From assembly GCA_040218735.1 (NCBI GenBank), contig JAVJQW010000017.1, forward strand, positions 32,001 through 96,000: a stretch of 64,000 bases of DNA. Reading direction: 5' to 3'. Below are positions 1 to 8,832 of the stretch, in pieces. Numbering within the stretch: position 1 is the stretch's first letter; every line of letters begins with the position of its first letter. Source of the stretch: Deltaproteobacteria bacterium. GTDB lineage: Bacteria > Myxococcota > Kuafuiibacteriia > Kuafuiibacteriales > Kuafuiibacteriaceae. The translations under genes and the position numbers were made by a program. Below the pieces are notes generated by a model, which saw only the letters and a list, made by a program, of their open reading frames with translations, was not told the origin of the DNA and did no database searches.

Positions 1-1
1 C

Positions 2-154
2 GGCGCATCGATCGGCAGCGGCGCGACGATCCTCTGCGGCGTCACGATCGGTGAGGGCGCGATGGTCGGCGCGGGCGCCGTGGTCACGAAGGACGTCGCA
101 CCCAACGCGACGGTCGCCGGCTGCCCGGCGCGCCTCCTCGCACGCCAGCCCTGA
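2..154 (+). CDS. 3' end of hexapeptide-repeat sugar acetyltransferase (WbpD-like), partial
   Basis: Frame from base 2 reads [44 protein letters not shown], a typical left-handed beta-helix acyltransferase C-terminus; TGA at 152-154. Confidence 0.85.
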   Translation, partial: GASIGSGATILCGVTIGEGAMVGAGAVVTKDVAPNATVAGCPARLLARQP

Positions 155-179
155 GAACCCGTCCCCAAGAACCCGTTCG

Positions 180-1259
180 ATGCGCATTCACGTCATCAGC
201 CCGATGTGGCCGTCCACCGAGTCGACCCACACGGGGGTGTTCGTGAAGAACCTCTCGACGTCGCTCGCGGCGCTCGGGTTCGACGTCGACAACACCGCGG
301 TCCTCGCCGGCAAAGGCGCGGGCCGCCGCGGTCGCCTCGAGAAACATGCGACCCTCGGCGCGCGGATCCTCCGGCAGGCAAGACAACCTGCGGACTGCGT
401 CCTCGTCCACGCACCCACCTGGTTCGCGCCGCTGATCGAAGCGGTGCGCAAGGACAAGAAGCTCGTCGTCCACACCCACGGCGGCGAGGTCTATCCGCAC
501 TCGCGCATGGAGGCGCGCACGCAGCCCGCGGTGCGGTGGCTGTGCCGCCGCGCGGACCTCGTCGTCACGCCGTCGCGCTACTACCGCGGCGAGGTGCAGC
601 GCGCGTTCGGCGTCGCCGAGGAGCGGATGTTCGTCTCACCGTCGGGCGGCGTCGACACGGAGCGCTTCGCGCCGCTCGACCAGACCACCGCCCGCGAGGG
701 GCTCGGGCTGCCGGGCGCCTTCTACGTCGGGTTCATGGGGCGCATCGTCGACGACAAGGGTTGGGACGTCTTCGTCGACACGATCGGCACGCTGGTCCGA
801 CGCGGGCACGACGTGCGCGGCCTCGTCGTCGGCCAGGGCGAGGCGCGCGAGCTCCTCCTCGAACGCGCCGCCGCGCGGTGTGTCGCGGAGCGAATCCACA
901 TGCTCGGAACGGTCCCGCAGGCGGAGCTACGGCCCTACCTCGCTTCGCTCGACGTCTTCATGTTCCCCACGCGCCGCGGCGCGGAGGCGCTCGGTCTGGG
1001 GCCGATCGAAGCGCTCGCGACCGGCGTGCCGGTCGTAGGTTCCAACGCCTACGCGGTGCCGGAGTACGTCGTCGACGGTGAGACCGGGTGGCTGGCGCCC
1101 GCGCGCGACGTCGAAGCGTTCGCGGCTGCGGTCGAGCACGTGATCACGCTGGACGCGACGGAGCGCGCCGCGTTGTCCTCGCGCGCGGTCGAGATGGGGC
1201 GGCGCTACGATACGCGTCGCGTGACGGAGGCGCTGGCCGCGCGCCTGTTGGAGCTGTGA
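180..1259 (+). CDS. Glycosyltransferase family 4 (GT-B)
   Basis: ATG 180; motifs HTHGGE, GFMGRIVDDKG, EALGLGPIEALATGVPVV, VVDGETG. Confidence 0.9.
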   Translation: MRIHVISPMWPSTESTHTGVFVKNLSTSLAALGFDVDNTAVLAGKGAGRRGRLEKHATLGARILRQARQPADCVLVHAPTWFAPLIEAVRKDKKLVVHTHGGEVYPHSRMEARTQPAVRWLCRRADLVVTPSRYYRGEVQRAFGVAEERMFVSPSGGVDTERFAPLDQTTAREGLGLPGAFYVGFMGRIVDDKGWDVFVDTIGTLVRRGHDVRGLVVGQGEARELLLERAAARCVAERIHMLGTVPQAELRPYLASLDVFMFPTRRGAEALGLGPIEALATGVPVVGSNAYAVPEYVVDGETGWLAPARDVEAFAAAVEHVITLDATERAALSSRAVEMGRRYDTRRVTEALAARLLEL

Positions 1260-2125
1260 TGGATCGATCGCTGATCATCGACGTCGGGATGCACGTCGGC
1301 CGGGACACGGAGTTCTACCTGAAGAAGGGCTTCCGAGTGGTCGCGGTGGAGGCCGACCCGCGGCACGTCGAGGCCGTGCAAGCTCGCTTGCGGAGCTACA
1401 TCGACGACGGGCGCCTCACGATCCTCAACGTCGCGATCAACACCTTCGACGGCGAGACGGACTTCTTCGTGAACCCCGAGCACGACGACTGGGGGACGGT
1501 GTCGCCCGAGTTCGTGCGACGGAACGTCGAGGTCTACGGCAGCCGCCACGAGACGGTGAAGGTGCGGTGCACGCGCTTCGAGAACGTGCTGAACGAGTTC
1601 GGCGTGCCCTACTACCTCAAGGTCGACATCGAGGGCCTCGACGACCTCTGCCTCGAAGCGCTCGACGGCTTCGACACCGCGCCGCGCTTCGTGTCGATCG
1701 AGCCGGATCAGAAGTCGTTCGAAGGTGCGTTCAACGAGCTGTCGATGTTGTGGCGGCTCGGCTACCGCGCGTTCAAGATCGTGAACCAGGGTCGCAACCG
1801 CGAGCTGCGTTGCCCCGACCCGCCGCGCGAGGGGGTGTACGTGGAGCAGCGCTTCGACGGCGCCTCGAGCGGCCTCTTCGGCGAGGAGTCGCCGGGGCCC
1901 TGGCGCGGCATCGAGGACACCGTGGTCGCGTGGCGCAGCATCCTCGCGCAGCAACGGCGCTTCGGCGACCAGGGCGGCTGGGAAGGCGAGTGGCGCGGCA
2001 CGCTCGCGCACAAACTCTACGAGCGCTACCGCCGCGTGCGGAAACAAGGGCCGCTGGGCTGGTACGACTTCCACGCGCGTCACCTCGACCCGGCGGGGCG
2101 GCGCTCGAACGTCACTTCGGCGTGA
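1259..2125 (+). CDS. FkbM family SAM-dependent methyltransferase
   Basis: ATG overlaps upstream TGA; IIDVGMHVG, VVAVEADP and YLKVDIEG motifs. Confidence 0.9.
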   Translation: MDRSLIIDVGMHVGRDTEFYLKKGFRVVAVEADPRHVEAVQARLRSYIDDGRLTILNVAINTFDGETDFFVNPEHDDWGTVSPEFVRRNVEVYGSRHETVKVRCTRFENVLNEFGVPYYLKVDIEGLDDLCLEALDGFDTAPRFVSIEPDQKSFEGAFNELSMLWRLGYRAFKIVNQGRNRELRCPDPPREGVYVEQRFDGASSGLFGEESPGPWRGIEDTVVAWRSILAQQRRFGDQGGWEGEWRGTLAHKLYERYRRVRKQGPLGWYDFHARHLDPAGRRSNVTSA

Positions 2126-2156
2126 CGGACGGCATCGATCCCTCACCCGCCGCGAG

Positions 2157-2172
2157 GGGCACGCGACTTGCT
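2157..2172 (+). promoter_or_regulatory. sigma54 -24/-12 promoter motif
   Basis: GGGCACGCGACTTGCT = GG-N10-GC, close to TGGCACG-N4-TTGC(A/T); followed by AAGGAG and an in-frame TTG. Confidence 0.65.
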
Positions 2173-2197
2173 CTTTCATGCACCGAAGGAGCTCGCC

Positions 2198-2356
2198 TTG
2201 CTGCACCGACTGACACCCGACGGTGGACGGATCGACGACCACGCGCTCGACCGCTGGCGTGCGCTCGCGCCGCGATCTGCGGACGGCGCAAGCCTGCTGC
2301 TCGTGGCGCTCGTGCTGTTCGCGTTCCTGCGGGTCTGCGGCTGCACGATCGGGTGA
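2198..2356 (+). CDS. Small (52 aa) single-pass membrane protein
   Basis: AAGGAG Shine-Dalgarno just upstream of TTG 2198; hydrophobic segment LLLVALVLFAFL; sigma54 motif upstream. Confidence 0.5.
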   Translation: MLHRLTPDGGRIDDHALDRWRALAPRSADGASLLLVALVLFAFLRVCGCTIG

Positions 2357-2437
2357 CGTCGTCACCGCACGGTGACCTCGCGCCCGCCGAGCGTTACCGC
2401 TTCGCTGTCGAACCGACGCAGCGCGAGCCGCAGCGCG

Positions 2438-2453
2438 TGGCACTCGGCTTGAA
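2438..2453 (+). promoter_or_regulatory. sigma54-like promoter motif upstream of cytochrome c gene
   Basis: TGGCACTCGGCTTGAA (GG-N10-GA, variant -12 element), ending 12 nt before ATG 2466. Confidence 0.5.
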
Positions 2454-2465
2454 GACGCGTCGAGT

Positions 2466-3197
2466 ATGCTCCGAAAGCTGAACCTCGCCGCCCTCGCGCT
2501 CCTCCTCGGCTGCGCGTCCAACAACGCACCCCCACCGGCGTCCGCGCCCGCCACCGCAACCGAGATGGAGCCGCTGCACGCCGTGATGCAGCAGCACTTC
2601 GTGCACCTCGACGATCTCCAGAAGGCCGTCATCGCCGGTGACCTCACGCTCGCGAAGCAGTCGGCGCAGTGGGTGATGGACCATCACGTCGAGGTCCGCA
2701 ACGAAGGCTGGAAACCGCACCTCGCGAAGCTGGAGGAGGCCGCCGCGCACGTCACGCAGGCGCCGGATCTCATGCAGGCCTCGGTCGGCGCCGCGCGCGT
2801 CGCTGGGTCGTGCGGGAGCTGCCACGAAGCGCACGGAATCCGGATGCACTTCGGCGCCGTGCCCGCCGCCGAGGGCGACGACACCCGCGCGCACATGAAG
2901 CGGCACCAGTGGGCGGCCGACCGCCTCTGGGACGCCGTCGTCGGCAACTCGGACGCGGTCTGGAACGAAGCGACCACGGCGCTCTCGGACGCGCCGCTGC
3001 ACCTCGCAGACGGACGCGAAGGACCGACCGACCTCGCGCTCGAGATGATCAACGAAGCCGCGGAGGTCGTGCACCGTGTCGGCGAACAGGGCGAGCAGAC
3101 GAAGGGACGTGACGCCCGCGTCCAGGCGCTCGGTGAGTTCCTCTCCACCTGCGCCGCGTGCCACTCGCAGCTCGGGATCGATCCCGAGGCGCAGTGA
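2466..3197 (+). CDS. Diheme c-type cytochrome lipoprotein (cytochrome c'-like helical repeats)
   Basis: Lipobox LLGC; two CxxCH motifs (CGSCH, CAACH), each at the end of a helical half. Confidence 0.8.
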   Translation: MLRKLNLAALALLLGCASNNAPPPASAPATATEMEPLHAVMQQHFVHLDDLQKAVIAGDLTLAKQSAQWVMDHHVEVRNEGWKPHLAKLEEAAAHVTQAPDLMQASVGAARVAGSCGSCHEAHGIRMHFGAVPAAEGDDTRAHMKRHQWAADRLWDAVVGNSDAVWNEATTALSDAPLHLADGREGPTDLALEMINEAAEVVHRVGEQGEQTKGRDARVQALGEFLSTCAACHSQLGIDPEAQ

Positions 3198-3200
3198 CGT

Positions 3201-3609
3201 TCAGATCGCGAGGCGGTCCGACGTGACCGGCCCGCGGAAGAAGAGCCCGCGCTTCGGTTGATTCGGTACGAGGGCGTCGGGTTTGTACACGACGCGAAGC
3301 TCGGTGGATGGCGGCGCCTTGGTGAAGGCCGTGTCGCCGACGGTGATCGTGTCGCCGTCCTTCGCGAGGTCGAGGGCGAATACCGCCTCCGCGCGTTGGC
3401 CGGCGTCGACCGTTACGAAGTCCTTCTTGCCCGGCAAGCCCATCGGTGTGCCCTCCCCGCCCACGAACTGGCCGCGCGCGTCGAGGAGCTCGACCACGAG
3501 GTAACGCGGGTGCGTGACCAACGTGACCGCGTCGCGGGTTCCGTTCTTGACGTCGACGAGGACACGTTCGCCCTCTCGACGCAGGTGCAGGCTCACCGAC
3601 TGACTCACG
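3201..3609 (-). CDS. Hypothetical protein, beta-rich; start uncertain
   Basis: Fills the gap between convergent/divergent genes with host-like GC3; GTG 3609 chosen, ORF open to 3713. Confidence 0.6.
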
Positions 3610-3739
3610 GGCGCGACCTTCGCACGGCCGTGACCGTTCCGTGACCCGCGGATGCCCGCCATCACCCCGAAACTCCTTGACCGATCGGAACGTCCCTTCG
3701 ATAGAACGCACACGGGCCCACCTCGCCCGAATTCGAGCC

Positions 3740-4789
3740 ATGACGAAGACCAAGCTGGGGATGATCGGTTGCGGCTATTGGGGCCCCAACCTCCTGCGAA
3801 ACTACAACGCCCTCGAGTCGTGCGACGTCGTCCGCGTCGCGGATCGTGTCCCGGAGCGACGCGCGTTCATCGAGAAGAACTACCCGAACGTCGAAGCCGT
3901 CGAGGACGGCGCGCAGGTCCTCGAGGACGCGTCGATCGAGGCGGTGGTCGTCGCCACCCCTGCCGCGACGCACGGCGCGCTCGCGAGGGCGGCGCTCGAA
4001 GCCGGCAAGGACGTCTTCGTCGAGAAGCCGATCGCGATGAGCACCGAGGAGGCGATCGCCCTCGCCCGCCTCGCGGAAGAAAAAGGCCGGGTGCTGATGG
4101 TCGGCCACACCTTCCTGTTCAACGCCGCGGTGCGCGAGGTGAAGCGGCGCATCGACGAGGGGGAGCTCGGGCGCGTCTACTACCTCTACAGTCAGCGCCT
4201 CAACCTCGGCATCGTGCGCGGCGACATCAACGCCGCGTGGAACCTCGCGCCGCACGACGTGTCGATCGCGAACTACCTGATCGGCGCGGATCCGATCCGC
4301 GTCTCCGCGACGTCGGTGCAGGCGCTCCAGCCGGAGGCGCCGCGCCTCGACGACGTCGTGTTCATGTCGCTCACCTACCCGGGCGATGTCGTGATGCACA
4401 CCCACGTGTCGTGGCTCGACCCGCGCAAGGTGCGGACGATGACCGTCGTCGGCGACAAACGCATGATCGTCTACGACGACGTCGCGACCGACAAACTCGC
4501 GATCTACGACAAGGGCATCACCAAGGGTGACCCGGTGCCGGAGGAGCAGGCGACCAGCTTCGCGCGCCACCGCATGATCACCCGCGCGGGTGACCTCACG
4601 ATTCCCAACCTCCGCGTGCCCGAGCCGCTCGCCGTCGAATGCAAACACTTCATCGAGTGTGTGCAGACGCGCGCGACGCCGCTCACCGACGCGTGGTCCG
4701 GCGTCGCCGTGACCGCTGCGCTCGAGGCTGCGGACCGTTCACTCGAAAACGGCGGAGCGCCCGTCGACATCTCCATTCCCAAGCGCTGA
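3740..4789 (+). CDS. Gfo/Idh/MocA oxidoreductase (sugar dehydrogenase)
   Basis: GCGYWG Rossmann motif, VFVEKP, MVGHTF, LAPHD. Confidence 0.92.
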   Translation: MTKTKLGMIGCGYWGPNLLRNYNALESCDVVRVADRVPERRAFIEKNYPNVEAVEDGAQVLEDASIEAVVVATPAATHGALARAALEAGKDVFVEKPIAMSTEEAIALARLAEEKGRVLMVGHTFLFNAAVREVKRRIDEGELGRVYYLYSQRLNLGIVRGDINAAWNLAPHDVSIANYLIGADPIRVSATSVQALQPEAPRLDDVVFMSLTYPGDVVMHTHVSWLDPRKVRTMTVVGDKRMIVYDDVATDKLAIYDKGITKGDPVPEEQATSFARHRMITRAGDLTIPNLRVPEPLAVECKHFIECVQTRATPLTDAWSGVAVTAALEAADRSLENGGAPVDISIPKR

Positions 4790-4815
4790 GTTTCCTACAC
4801 CGAGGGCAGGCACCC

Positions 4816-5943
4816 ATGACTACGAACGAAACCGTCCCCTTCGTCGACCTCGTCGGCCAGTTCCACCGCTACGAAGACGAGCTGATGACCGCCATCCGCG
4901 GCGTGCTCGAGAGCGCGTCGTTCATCGGCGGCAAACCCGTGAAGGACTTCGAGGCCGCGTGGGCCGAGTACTGCGGCACGAAGAACGCGGTCGGCTGCGG
5001 CAACGGCACCGACGCCATCTACCTCGCGCTCCGCGCGCTCGGCGTGGGCCCGGGTGACGAGGTCATCACGGCGGTCAACACGTTCATCGCGACGTCGGAG
5101 GCGATCACGATGACCGGCGCGAAGCCGGTGTTCGTCGACATCGACGACGCGACCGCGCTGATCGACGCGTCGAAGATCGAGGCGGCGATCACCGAGCGCA
5201 CGAAGGCGATCATCCCCGTGCACCTCTACGGGCAGCTCGTCGACATGAAGCCGATCCTCGCGATCGCCGAGAAACACGGGCTGAAGATCGTCGAGGACAC
5301 CGCGCAGGCGCACGGCGCGATCGACGACGGCAAGCGCGCCGGCACCTTCGGCGACGCGGCGACGTTTTCGTTCTACCCGGGCAAGAACCTCGGCGCGTAC
5401 GGCGACGGCGGCGCGGTCATCACGGACGACGACGCGCTCGCGGAGCAGATCCGCAAGATCGCGAACCACGGCCGCAGCACGAAGTTCGGTCACGAGATCG
5501 AAGGCGTGAACTCGCGCCTCGACGGCCTGCAGGCCGCGATCCTCGGCGTGAAGGTGAAACACCTCGACACGTGGATCGACGAGCGGCGCGCGGCCGCGGC
5601 GCGCTACGACCGCCTCCTCGCGGAGCTGGGCGACGCGATCGTGCTGCCCACGGTGCGGCACGCGACGTCGCACGTGTTCCACCTGTACGTCTGCCGCGTG
5701 CAGGACCGCGACGGGCTGCGCAAACACCTCGGCGAGCAGAACATCCAGAGCGGCATCCACTACCCGACGCCGCTGCACCTCCTCCCCGCGTACAGCCACC
5801 TCGGCCAGGGCGAGGGGACGTTCCCGGTCGCGGAGAAGATGGCGAAAGAGATCGTGTCGCTGCCAATCTCGCCGGAGATCACCGAGGCCCAGCAGGTGCG
5901 CGTCGCGAAGGCCGTCGCCGAGTTCGTGGGTGCGAGCCGATGA
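4816..5943 (+). CDS. DegT/DnrJ/EryC1/StrS sugar aminotransferase
   Basis: NGTDAI, PVHLYGQ, EDTAQAHGA, SFYPGKNLGAYGDGG (PLP Lys), NSRLD. Confidence 0.95.
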   Translation: MTTNETVPFVDLVGQFHRYEDELMTAIRGVLESASFIGGKPVKDFEAAWAEYCGTKNAVGCGNGTDAIYLALRALGVGPGDEVITAVNTFIATSEAITMTGAKPVFVDIDDATALIDASKIEAAITERTKAIIPVHLYGQLVDMKPILAIAEKHGLKIVEDTAQAHGAIDDGKRAGTFGDAATFSFYPGKNLGAYGDGGAVITDDDALAEQIRKIANHGRSTKFGHEIEGVNSRLDGLQAAILGVKVKHLDTWIDERRAAAARYDRLLAELGDAIVLPTVRHATSHVFHLYVCRVQDRDGLRKHLGEQNIQSGIHYPTPLHLLPAYSHLGQGEGTFPVAEKMAKEIVSLPISPEITEAQQVRVAKAVAEFVGASR

Positions 5944-6953
5944 AGGCCGCGGTCGTCGGCGCCGGTTACTGGGGTCCGAACCTCATCCGCAACCTCCTGT
6001 CGACGCGACGCCTCGACAACGTCGTGGTCTGCGACATGGACGAGGCGCGCCTCGACAACGTGAAGCGTCGCTTCCCGTCGGTCGAGACGACGCGCGACTT
6101 CGACGCGGTCCTCGGCGACGAAGCCATCGAGGCGGTGCTCCTCGCGACGCCGATCTCCACGCACGGTCCGCTCGGCGTGCGCGCGATCGACGCGGGCAAA
6201 CACGTCTTCATCGAGAAGCCGCTCGCGTCGTCGGTGGAGGACGCGAACCAGCTCATCGAGGCGGCGAAGGCGAAGAGCCGCGTGCTGATGGTCGGACACA
6301 CGTTCGAGTACTCGCCGCCGGTGCTGCGCACGAAGCAGATCATCGACAAGGGTGAGCTCGGCGACATCTTCTTCATCTCGGTGATGCGCGTGAACCTGGG
6401 CCTGCACCAGCGCGACGTCTCCGTGATCTGGGACCTCGTTCCGCACGACTTCTCGATCCTGTTCTACTGGCTCGGCGAGTCGCCGTCGTTCATCTCGGCG
6501 TTCGGCCGCGACTGCGTGCAGACCGGCATCCCGGACGTCGCGTTCCTGAACCTGCGCTTCCCGAGCGGCGTCATCGCGAACATCGAGGTCGCGTGGCTCG
6601 CCCCGTCGAAGCTGCGTCGCACGGCGGTCGTCGGTCAGCGCAAGATGCTGGTGTACGACGACACCGAGAACATCGAGAAGGTGAAGATCTACGACCAGGG
6701 CGTCGACTTCCAGGACCCGGAGACGTTCGGCGAGTTCAACCTCTCCTACCGCACGGGTGACATCGTCAGCCCGAAGCTCCCCTCCGCGGAGCCGCTCGCG
6801 AAGGAGATGGAGCACTTCCTCGACTGCATCCAGACCGGCGAGACACCGCGCACGGACGGCATGTCCGGGCTGCGCGTGGTGGAGGCGCTGGAGGCGGCCG
6901 AGAAGTCGCTCGTTACGGGCAAGCCGGTGGAGCTCCCGGGGCGCACGTGGTGA
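5940..6953 (+). CDS. Second Gfo/Idh/MocA oxidoreductase
   Basis: ATGA overlap with the aminotransferase; GAGYWG, FIEKPL, MVGHTF. Confidence 0.92.
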   Translation: MKAAVVGAGYWGPNLIRNLLSTRRLDNVVVCDMDEARLDNVKRRFPSVETTRDFDAVLGDEAIEAVLLATPISTHGPLGVRAIDAGKHVFIEKPLASSVEDANQLIEAAKAKSRVLMVGHTFEYSPPVLRTKQIIDKGELGDIFFISVMRVNLGLHQRDVSVIWDLVPHDFSILFYWLGESPSFISAFGRDCVQTGIPDVAFLNLRFPSGVIANIEVAWLAPSKLRRTAVVGQRKMLVYDDTENIEKVKIYDQGVDFQDPETFGEFNLSYRTGDIVSPKLPSAEPLAKEMEHFLDCIQTGETPRTDGMSGLRVVEALEAAEKSLVTGKPVELPGRTW

Positions 6954-8122
6954 CGCGCTCGGCGCACTACGAGCTCTGGGGCCTCGACCCCACCGTCACG
7001 TTCCTCAACCACGGCTCCTTCGGCAGCGTGCCGAAGGTGATTCGCGAAGCGCAAGCCGACTTGCACCGGCGCGCCGACCGCGAGCCGGTGGACTTCTTCG
7101 TGCGTTACCTCCCGGACGGCTACCGTCGTTCGCGGGAGGCGCTGGGTGCGTTCGTCAACGCGGACCCGGACGACCTCGTGTTCGTCTCGAACGCGACGAG
7201 CGGCGTGAACACGGTGATGAAGTCGCTTTCGTTCGAGCCGGGCGACGAGCTACTGACGACGAGCCAGGCGTACGGGGCGTGCCGGCACACGCTGGACCAC
7301 GTCGCGGACACGACGGGGGCGAAGGTGGTGTCGGCGCAGCTGCCGTTCCCGATCTCGAACCCATCGCAGATCACCGAGGCGATCCTCGCGGCGGTCACCG
7401 ACCGCACGAAGATCGCGATGCTCGATCACATCGCGAGCCCGACGGGGTTGGTGTTCCCGATCGCCGAGATCGTGGCGGCGCTGCACGAGCGCGGCGTCGA
7501 CACGCTGGTGGACGGCGCGCACTCGGTCGGGCAGGTGCCGCTGGATCTCGAAGCGATCGGCGCAGCGTACTTCACGACGAACGCCCACAAGTGGCTGTGC
7601 ACACCGCGCGGCGCGGCGATCCTGCACGTCCGCAAGGACCGGCAGGACCGCATCGTCCCGCTCGTGACGAGCCACGCGTACCACGCGAAACAAGATCGCT
7701 TCCGCGCGCAGTTCGACTGGACCGGCACCGACGACCCCACCGCGCACCTCGTGATCCCGGAGGCGATCTCGTACTTGGGAGGCCTCCTCGAAGGCGGCTG
7801 GCCCGCGCTCTACGCGGCGATCCACGATCGCGCGATGGAGGGTCGCCGCACGATCCTCGAGCGCCTCGGCCTCGAGTCCCCGTCGCCCGACGCCATGCAC
7901 GGCTCGCTCGCGCCCATCCTGCTCCCGGACGGTGACGGCGAGGTCGACTGGATCCTCGACCCCCTGAGCCGTGAGCTCTGGGACGACCACCGCATCGAGG
8001 TCCCGGTGTTCCCGTTCCCCAAGGCCCCGAAGCGGATGCTGCGCGTGTCGGCGCACCTGTACAACGCGCCGGAGGACTACGAGGGGTTGGCCGAGGTGTT
8101 GGCAGACCGCCTGACGAGGTAG
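6950..8122 (+). CDS. Class V PLP enzyme (isopenicillin N epimerase / cysteine lyase-like)
   Basis: FLNHGSFG, NATSG, LVDGAH, NAHKW motifs; GTGA overlap with upstream stop. Confidence 0.88.
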   Translation: MTRSAHYELWGLDPTVTFLNHGSFGSVPKVIREAQADLHRRADREPVDFFVRYLPDGYRRSREALGAFVNADPDDLVFVSNATSGVNTVMKSLSFEPGDELLTTSQAYGACRHTLDHVADTTGAKVVSAQLPFPISNPSQITEAILAAVTDRTKIAMLDHIASPTGLVFPIAEIVAALHERGVDTLVDGAHSVGQVPLDLEAIGAAYFTTNAHKWLCTPRGAAILHVRKDRQDRIVPLVTSHAYHAKQDRFRAQFDWTGTDDPTAHLVIPEAISYLGGLLEGGWPALYAAIHDRAMEGRRTILERLGLESPSPDAMHGSLAPILLPDGDGEVDWILDPLSRELWDDHRIEVPVFPFPKAPKRMLRVSAHLYNAPEDYEGLAEVLADRLTR

Positions 8123-8171
8123 TCGCCCGCGGCACTCGCCGAGGACCGTAGGCGGCCGGAGATATTCAACA

Positions 8172-8825
8172 CTATGCCACGGTCCATGCACGCTCAGCGT
8201 CGGCGCCGCGGAAGACCCCGCTAATCATGTTGGTCTCGAGAAGCTTGCTTGCATCGAATCGAGTGACGCCGACGAGTGAGATTCCCGGTCGATGGTTCAC
8301 GTGCGTTCTTCCAAAACATATGGCGCACGCCCCCAGGGTAGCCAGACGAGCAGCCACCCGCTCGTCGAGCACCATCCGCTCTCCAGGAACGGCACGTGGC
8401 CTTCTCTCCTCGAGGCTGCGATCAATAGGCAACCATTCGGTGGACCCGGCGAGGAGAACCTCGGGCGGGACCGCCGGGATCCCGGCGGACTTCGGAAAGG
8501 GCCATACGTCGTCGTACGCAACAGGTTTGGAGGCCGAGATGAATTCCGACGAGTCATTCCGTAGAGTCCATCCCGATATTGTAAGTCTATTCTCGAGGAG
8601 CCTCGACTGCGGCTCTCCAATTCGAGTCCGAGATTTCGACAACATCCACAGTCCATTGAATTCGAATCGCGCCATCAAGCGGACCAGAAGCACACACACA
8701 GGGTGGTCCTCGGGTAGGCCTCGAGGCCCCTCGGCAAAACGCGCTCCTGTCCAAACAAAAGAATGCCTGAACAGTTCAGTGTGCTCCGCAAGTGGCTCAT
8801 CGAGACCTATCGAGAACATGTTCAA
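8172..8825 (-). CDS. Putative immunity protein for the upstream RHS toxin tip
   Basis: Starts 8 nt after the RHS stop on the same strand; more AT-rich, like the toxin tip; no recognised family. Confidence 0.6.
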   Translation of the reverse strand: MNMFSIGLDEPLAEHTELFRHSFVWTGARFAEGPRGLPEDHPVCVLLVRLMARFEFNGLWMLSKSRTRIGEPQSRLLENRLTISGWTLRNDSSEFISASKPVAYDDVWPFPKSAGIPAVPPEVLLAGSTEWLPIDRSLEERRPRAVPGERMVLDERVAARLATLGACAICFGRTHVNHRPGISLVGVTRFDASKLLETNMISGVFRGADAERAWTVA

Positions 8826-8832
8826 TCTACTC

